Assembly (NCBI GenBank): GCA_900549955.1
Contig: URQH01000004.1
Coordinates: forward strand, 5,121 to 69,120
Source of the DNA: an uncultured Eubacteriales bacterium
Lineage (GTDB): Bacteria; Bacillota; Clostridia; Christensenellales; CAG-138
Direction of reading: 5' to 3'
Length of the DNA: 64,000 bases
Positions 58,949 through 64,000 of this stretch are shown piece after piece. Position numbers and translations under genes: made by a program. A model generated the notes under the pieces. That model had not been told where the DNA came from, searched no databases, and worked only from the letters and a program-made list of their open reading frames with translations. Within the stretch, counting starts at the first letter, position 1. Every line of letters starts with the position of its first letter.

Positions 58949-60886
58949 ATGGCACTGTTACGCGCACAACATATTGCAAAGCACTTTGGTGAACGTACGC
59001 TGTTCTCCGGCGTCTCATTCGAGATTGCACCAGGCGACCGTGTGGGTCTTGTCGGCGTAAACGGATGCGGCAAATCCACGCTGCTGCGCATACTGGCCGG
59101 GGAAGAACTGCCAGACGAGGGCGACATTCACCGATCAGCCGAGTGTCGCATTACCTGGCTCAAGCAACGGCAGACGGACACCGCAGGGCTGACCTTGTTG
59201 GACGCAACCATGCAGGAATTTGCGCCGCTCATGGATCTTGAGCGACAGCTGGAGGATATCTCAGCAAGACTGGAGCAGGGAGCGGACGACGTCTTGATCC
59301 GCCGGCAATACCGGTTGCAAGAGGAATATCAGCAAAGAGGCGGGCTGACGTTTCGCAGCCGCACCCGCGCCGTGTTGCTGGGACTGGGCTTTTCTGAAGC
59401 AGATATTGTGAAACCGGCGGATGTGCTGAGCGGCGGAGAATTGCGCAAAGCGCTGCTCGCCCGCGTCCTGCTCTCTGAGGCGACCCTGCTGCTCCTGGAC
59501 GAGCCGACGAACCATCTGGACATTCGCGCGATCGAGTGGCTGGAAGATTATCTGCTGTCCTATCGGGGCGCGTTTGTGGTGGTCTCGCACGACCGGTATT
59601 TTCTCGATCGGGTGACAACACGCACCTTTGAGATGGAGCATGCGACATTGGCCATTTCCCGCGGGAACTACTCGCGCCATTTGCAGCTGAAGATGGATGC
59701 GCGCGAAGCGGCGGAGCGGCGGTATTATAATCAGCTGCGGGAAATCCGGAGGATTCAGGGGATCATCGAACAACAACGCCGGTGGAATCAGGCGCGCAAT
59801 TATGTGACGATTGCATCTAAGGAAAAGCAGCTTGCGCGCATTCGCGAGGAGATGGTAAAGCCTGCCGATGACCCTGCCGCGATCCGCTTTTCGTTTCACG
59901 CAGTACCGCCAGCAGGAAACGATGTGCTGATCGTCCGCGCGCTGGAAAAACGGTTTGGGGAACGTACGCTGTTTAGCGGATTGGAGATGCATCTGCAACG
60001 GGGCGAACACGTATGCCTGCTGGGCGCAAACGGATGCGGAAAGACGACACTGCTGCGCATCCTGACCGGGCAGGAAACACCCGATGGCGGCGGCTTTCAG
60101 ATTGGCGCGAATGTTCGCATTGGTTATTACGAGCAGTCCATGCGCGGCCTGTCGGCAGAGCTGACGGTGCTGGAGCAGGTTGGGATGCTCTTTCCACGCA
60201 TGGATCAGCAGCAGCTGCGTTCGGCGCTTGGCCAGTTTCTGTTTCGTGGGGACGATGTGTTCAAGCGCATCGGCGAGTTGTCCGGCGGGGAGCTTGCGCG
60301 CATCCAGCTGCTCAAGCTGATGCTCTCCGGGTGTAATCTGCTGTTGCTGGATGAGCCGACCAACCACCTGGATATTCCATCCCGTGAGGCGCTGGAGCGA
60401 GCGCTGTCGGCCTATGATGGCACAATGCTCGCGGTGACACACGACCGCTATTTTGTCGATCAGATTGCGGACCGGATCCTGGTACTCACGCGGGATGGCC
60501 TGCAGGAATTTGCCGGTGACTGGACGGCATACAGCGCCTCTCTGGCGGCGGACAGCAGGCAGCGGGATGCTGTAACGGAAGATGCGCCGCGTGCCCGCCA
60601 GGTCAACGACTATGTGCACAAGCGCGAGCAGCGCAGCGCCATACAGCATGCCCGCGGCGCCCTGAAACGCGCGGAGGCACGTGTGGAAGAGCAGGAACGC
60701 TTGCTCAGCGCGTGTCAGCAAAAGCTGTCTTCACCGGAGATTGCCACCGATTACAATGCAGCGATGCGTGTAGCCGAGGAAGCGGCGCGCCTTGAAGCGG
60801 AGCTAGAGTCGCTCTATGCGGACTGGCAGGAAGCAGATCAGGCGCTACAGGCCCTTTGTTGCGGGGCGGAACAGGAGGAAACATGA
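58949..60886 (+). CDS. ABC-F family ATPase (two NBDs, no TMs, C-terminal coiled coil)
   Basis: Two Walker A motifs (GVNGCGKSTLL, GANGCGKTTLL), two LSGGE signatures, an inter-domain linker, and an Arg/Glu-rich C-terminal helix. Confidence 0.92.
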   Translation: MALLRAQHIAKHFGERTLFSGVSFEIAPGDRVGLVGVNGCGKSTLLRILAGEELPDEGDIHRSAECRITWLKQRQTDTAGLTLLDATMQEFAPLMDLERQLEDISARLEQGADDVLIRRQYRLQEEYQQRGGLTFRSRTRAVLLGLGFSEADIVKPADVLSGGELRKALLARVLLSEATLLLLDEPTNHLDIRAIEWLEDYLLSYRGAFVVVSHDRYFLDRVTTRTFEMEHATLAISRGNYSRHLQLKMDAREAAERRYYNQLREIRRIQGIIEQQRRWNQARNYVTIASKEKQLARIREEMVKPADDPAAIRFSFHAVPPAGNDVLIVRALEKRFGERTLFSGLEMHLQRGEHVCLLGANGCGKTTLLRILTGQETPDGGGFQIGANVRIGYYEQSMRGLSAELTVLEQVGMLFPRMDQQQLRSALGQFLFRGDDVFKRIGELSGGELARIQLLKLMLSGCNLLLLDEPTNHLDIPSREALERALSAYDGTMLAVTHDRYFVDQIADRILVLTRDGLQEFAGDWTAYSASLAADSRQRDAVTEDAPRARQVNDYVHKREQRSAIQHARGALKRAEARVEEQERLLSACQQKLSSPEIATDYNAAMRVAEEAARLEAELESLYADWQEADQALQALCCGAEQEET

Positions 60887-62013
60887 CGTTTAAACGATTT
60901 TCGCTGGGTCTGCGGTTTCTGCTGCAGGATGCCGAGGGGTTTTCCCCGGTCGACGCCTGGAACCTGTTGTTTGCCTCGTTGTCTCCAACGGAAGTGAAGG
61001 GGATGGAATTGTACGGGGTCAGCCAGCAGGAGAGAGGACAGCAATGCTATATCTGTGTGTTCACAAAAGCTTCCCTTAGCCGCTGCCGCGCGCTATATGC
61101 CCGTCTCTCCGCGCATCCGCTCATCTGCTCCCACCTACTGTTCTATCGTCCATTTTTGCAGAACAACCGTTTGGAACAGCTGGAAGGTTATGAGTTTCTT
61201 GGCACGGTGGGAGACAGCGGGGAGGTGCAATATGGCGCCGCGGCCTATGGGGAAATGCGTTTCCATGGCGACAACAAGCCGCTGGATCCCCTGCTGGAAC
61301 CGGCCGTGTTCCTCATAGCGCCAGACGCCTACCGGGGCATCTTGACGCCGGAGCAGGCGATCCGTTGCCTCATGCGCGTGGCCTATGCTTATTTCCCGCT
61401 TGCGCAGATCATCCCGTTTCCAATGGCGGACGGGGGCCGCGGCACGATCGATGCGCTGATCCATGCGCTGGGCGGCCGGTATGTGCCAGTCAGGCTCAAG
61501 CAGGAAAACGGGGAATCCATCGATACACAATACGGTATTTTACCGGATCGTACCATCGTCATTGAAAGCGAGTGCGTGTCGCATGCGCAGCAACTGCTCT
61601 GCGAAATGTTGGATATTGGGTATACTTCCTTTATCGTCGGGCTCTATGGTGACGCGGCCTGCAGCCAAAGCGCGCCGTTCCAGTTGCCGCTGCACCCGAA
61701 AATCGGAGACGTGCAGATTCGTATTATCGACAGTGGTTCCGGTAACGCGTTCTTTCTGGACCGGGCGGAATTCAATGCGCGCATCCGCGATGTATCCATC
61801 GTGGTGACGGGCGACGGGTATCCGGAAACAGCGCACCTCGACGCCGTCAATGAGATCAAACGCCGCTGTGCGGAGGAAAATGTCCCCGTCGTCGTGTTCG
61901 AGGGCGAACCGGATCCGCCGGCTACCGTGGAGGCAGCGCTGCAGGCGCTGCGTGTCAGCGCCGACCGCGTGTTCCGGCTGCTGAAGACGGGCGGCCGGTT
62001 ACAACACCGGTAG
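60883..62013 (+). CDS. divergent glycerate-kinase-like protein with extra N-terminal domain
   Basis: LIAPDAYRGILTPEQA...PMADGGRGTIDALIHALGG and IVVTGDGYPE...VPVVVF parallel the GlxK N- and C-terminal motifs. The central region is short and lacks the Gly-rich motif. ATGA overlap with the ABC-F stop; AGGAGGA RBS. Confidence 0.6.
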   Translation: MTFKRFSLGLRFLLQDAEGFSPVDAWNLLFASLSPTEVKGMELYGVSQQERGQQCYICVFTKASLSRCRALYARLSAHPLICSHLLFYRPFLQNNRLEQLEGYEFLGTVGDSGEVQYGAAAYGEMRFHGDNKPLDPLLEPAVFLIAPDAYRGILTPEQAIRCLMRVAYAYFPLAQIIPFPMADGGRGTIDALIHALGGRYVPVRLKQENGESIDTQYGILPDRTIVIESECVSHAQQLLCEMLDIGYTSFIVGLYGDAACSQSAPFQLPLHPKIGDVQIRIIDSGSGNAFFLDRAEFNARIRDVSIVVTGDGYPETAHLDAVNEIKRRCAEENVPVVVFEGEPDPPATVEAALQALRVSADRVFRLLKTGGRLQHR

Positions 62014-62049
62014 AACGCAGTATGATCGAAAGGATTTGAGTGAGGGAGC

Positions 62050-64000
62050 ATGGAACGACTGATCGCCATCGACGGAAACAGCCTGTTGTTTCGCGCCTAC
62101 TATGCCTTGCCCGATATGACGACCCGTGATGGCGTGCCAACGGGGGCGTTGCACGGCTTTTTGACGATGCTGCTCAAGCTTGCGCAAACCAACCCGGACT
62201 ATCTTGCCGTGGCCTTTGACCTGCCAGGCAAGAACTTTCGGCACGAACGGTACGACGCATACAAAGCGGGGCGCCGGGAGACGCCGGAGGACCTGAGCAG
62301 CCAGTTCCCGCTGCTGCGTGAGCTGCTTGCCGAGATGGGAATTGCCGTGTGCACGTGTCCCGGCTTTGAGGCCGACGACATTCTCGGCACGCTGGCAAAA
62401 CGAGCCGAAGCACGGGGCGCGTCTGTCCTGCTCGTGACAGGCGATCGGGACGCATTGCAGCTCGTATCCGAACGGACACATGTGCTGTTGACCAAACGCG
62501 GCTTGTCCGACACCGTGGAATATACTGTGGAGCTGCTGCAGGAGCAATATGGGTTGTCACCCAGCCGCATGCGGGATCTCAAGGGGTTGATGGGCGACAA
62601 TTCCGACAACATTCCCGGGATTCCCGGCGTTGGGGAAAAAACGGCGCTGAAGTTGCTTGCCGAATATGGCGATCTCGAAGCGGTGCTGTCCCATGCTGGT
62701 GAAATCAAGGGCAAGCTGGGTGAGCGCGTGCGGGAGAATGCGGAGTCCGCCCGACTGAGTTATTGGCTGGGCACCATCGATACGCAGGCGCCTGTAACAA
62801 CGGATCTGTCGGATTGTGCCTTTCACCTGCCAACGTTATCCGGCGCCGGGGAGCATCTGCGCGCGCTGGAGCTGCGCGCCGTACTGGCCAAGCTCCCGGA
62901 GCGGGAAGAACCGCGGCGACCTGTGGAGGCGACCGGCTGTACATGTACCCCGATCGATTCGCTACCAGCGCTCCAGGAAGCCATTGCCGCGCATCCCGCG
63001 CCAAAAGCGTTCGCTGTCTGCACGGAAGGGCAGATTTCATTTGCCTTTTCGCCCAAGCAGTCGTATGTAGTAACGGCGGGGGAAACGCTGTTTGACGCCG
63101 TCCTGGAGCCGGCGCAGGTGTACCGCGCGCTGGCCCCATTGTTGCAGGATGCGTTGGTTGAAAAACTGGTGTTCGACGGAAAGTCGCTCCGGCACAACGC
63201 CGCCGGCTTTGGAGTGGACGTGCGGCATATTGCATTTGACGCTATGATTGCGGACTATCTGCTCAATGCCATTCGCCCAGCTACGACGCTGCAGCAGACT
63301 TGCGAACGGCATTTGGGAACCTTGCAGGCCTCGGCTGCGCTGTTGTTCCCCTTGCGTGAACGCATGCGTGCCCTGCTGGAGCAGCAGTCGATGACGGCGC
63401 TCTATGACGACATGGAGCTGCCCCTTTCGGGCGTGCTGTATCACATGGAATGCGAAGGGTTTCGCGTGGACGACGCCGTGCTGCTGCAAATGCAGAGCCA
63501 GTTTGAAACGCGCGCTGGCGAGTTGGCGTCCGAAATCTATACGCAGGCAGGGGAGACCTTCAATATCCTTTCGCCCAAGCAACTTGGCACCGTGCTGTTC
63601 GAGCACCTGAAGCTGCCGCCGCAGCGTAAGACGAAGTCTGGCTATTCCACGGATGCCGACACACTCGACCGGTTGGCGCCGCTGCACCCGGTGGTCCGGC
63701 TGATTCAGGAGTACCGGTTCCTCACAAAGCTCAAGAGCACATTTGTCGACGGGCTGTTAGCGGCGCGTGCGCCGGCAGACGGGCGTGTACGGACGCGGTT
63801 CCAGCAATGCGTGACCGCGACGGGACGGATTTCCAGCACGGAGCCAAATTTACAAAACATTCCCGTACGCACTGCGCTTGGCCGTGAGATTCGCAAGGCA
63901 TTCGTTGCCAGCGAAGGCAACGTGCTCATCGGTGCCGACTATTCGCAGATCGAATTGCGCATTTTGGCGCACCTGAGCGAGGACGACGGGCTGATCGAGG
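62050..64000 (+). CDS. polA: DNA polymerase I (3' end outside window)
   Basis: Not in the ORF track because there is no stop inside the window. MERLIAIDGNSLLFRAYYALP (5'-3' exonuclease domain) and TGRISSTEPNLQNIPVRT...IGADYSQIELRILAHLS (polymerase motifs), read directly. Confidence 0.95.
   Translation, partial: MERLIAIDGNSLLFRAYYALPDMTTRDGVPTGALHGFLTMLLKLAQTNPDYLAVAFDLPGKNFRHERYDAYKAGRRETPEDLSSQFPLLRELLAEMGIAVCTCPGFEADDILGTLAKRAEARGASVLLVTGDRDALQLVSERTHVLLTKRGLSDTVEYTVELLQEQYGLSPSRMRDLKGLMGDNSDNIPGIPGVGEKTALKLLAEYGDLEAVLSHAGEIKGKLGERVRENAESARLSYWLGTIDTQAPVTTDLSDCAFHLPTLSGAGEHLRALELRAVLAKLPEREEPRRPVEATGCTCTPIDSLPALQEAIAAHPAPKAFAVCTEGQISFAFSPKQSYVVTAGETLFDAVLEPAQVYRALAPLLQDALVEKLVFDGKSLRHNAAGFGVDVRHIAFDAMIADYLLNAIRPATTLQQTCERHLGTLQASAALLFPLRERMRALLEQQSMTALYDDMELPLSGVLYHMECEGFRVDDAVLLQMQSQFETRAGELASEIYTQAGETFNILSPKQLGTVLFEHLKLPPQRKTKSGYSTDADTLDRLAPLHPVVRLIQEYRFLTKLKSTFVDGLLAARAPADGRVRTRFQQCVTATGRISSTEPNLQNIPVRTALGREIRKAFVASEGNVLIGADYSQIELRILAHLSEDDGLIE

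Overview
This is a high-GC Firmicutes (Clostridia-like, spore-former) chromosomal segment. Hand-counted 60-nt samples of core genes give roughly 65-70% GC. It is almost entirely co-directional (+ strand), tightly packed housekeeping genes in classic Bacillus/Clostridium synteny. The blocks are: rbfA-nrnA-truB-ribF-rpsO-pnp-deacetylase-M16 peptidase; yggS-sepF-DivIVA; yceD-rpmF-plsX-acpP-rnc-smc-ftsY-ylxM-ffh-rpsP-KH-rimM-trmD-rplS-rbgA-rnhB-yraN; comM-dprA-topA-trmFO-hslVU; rnj-ylbF-mltG; DUF1846-pepP-efp; ABC-F; and polA (runs off the 3' edge). Many neighbouring genes share 1-11 nt start/stop overlaps, which suggests translational coupling. I recognised no tRNA, rRNA, CRISPR array, transposase, integrase, prophage or known defence gene. 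Most of the window is ordinary core genome. The parts that look accessory are all cell-envelope related: (1) a 1288-aa tandem GT-C glycosyltransferase coupled to gtrA; (2) a lower-GC stretch (~43.4-51.5 kb) holding a divergent XRE regulator plus sortase-type surface protein, sigK, and a teichoic-acid-like glycopolymer/ABC-export cluster; (3) a ~1.2 kb AT-rich, nearly gene-free island (55.26-56.47 kb) with several strong hairpins, a 71-aa two-TM protein with its own consensus promoter, and a ~200-nt GC-rich structured element I cannot assign to a known RNA family; (4) a minus-strand NlpC/P60 hydrolase and PflX-type radical SAM operon; (5) a degenerate glycerate-kinase-like gene coupled to the ABC-F gene. 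I found no convincing novel multi-gene system. The unassigned structured element and its island are the most likely place for something undescribed. The long minus-strand ORFs in the supplied track are GC-driven shadow ORFs.
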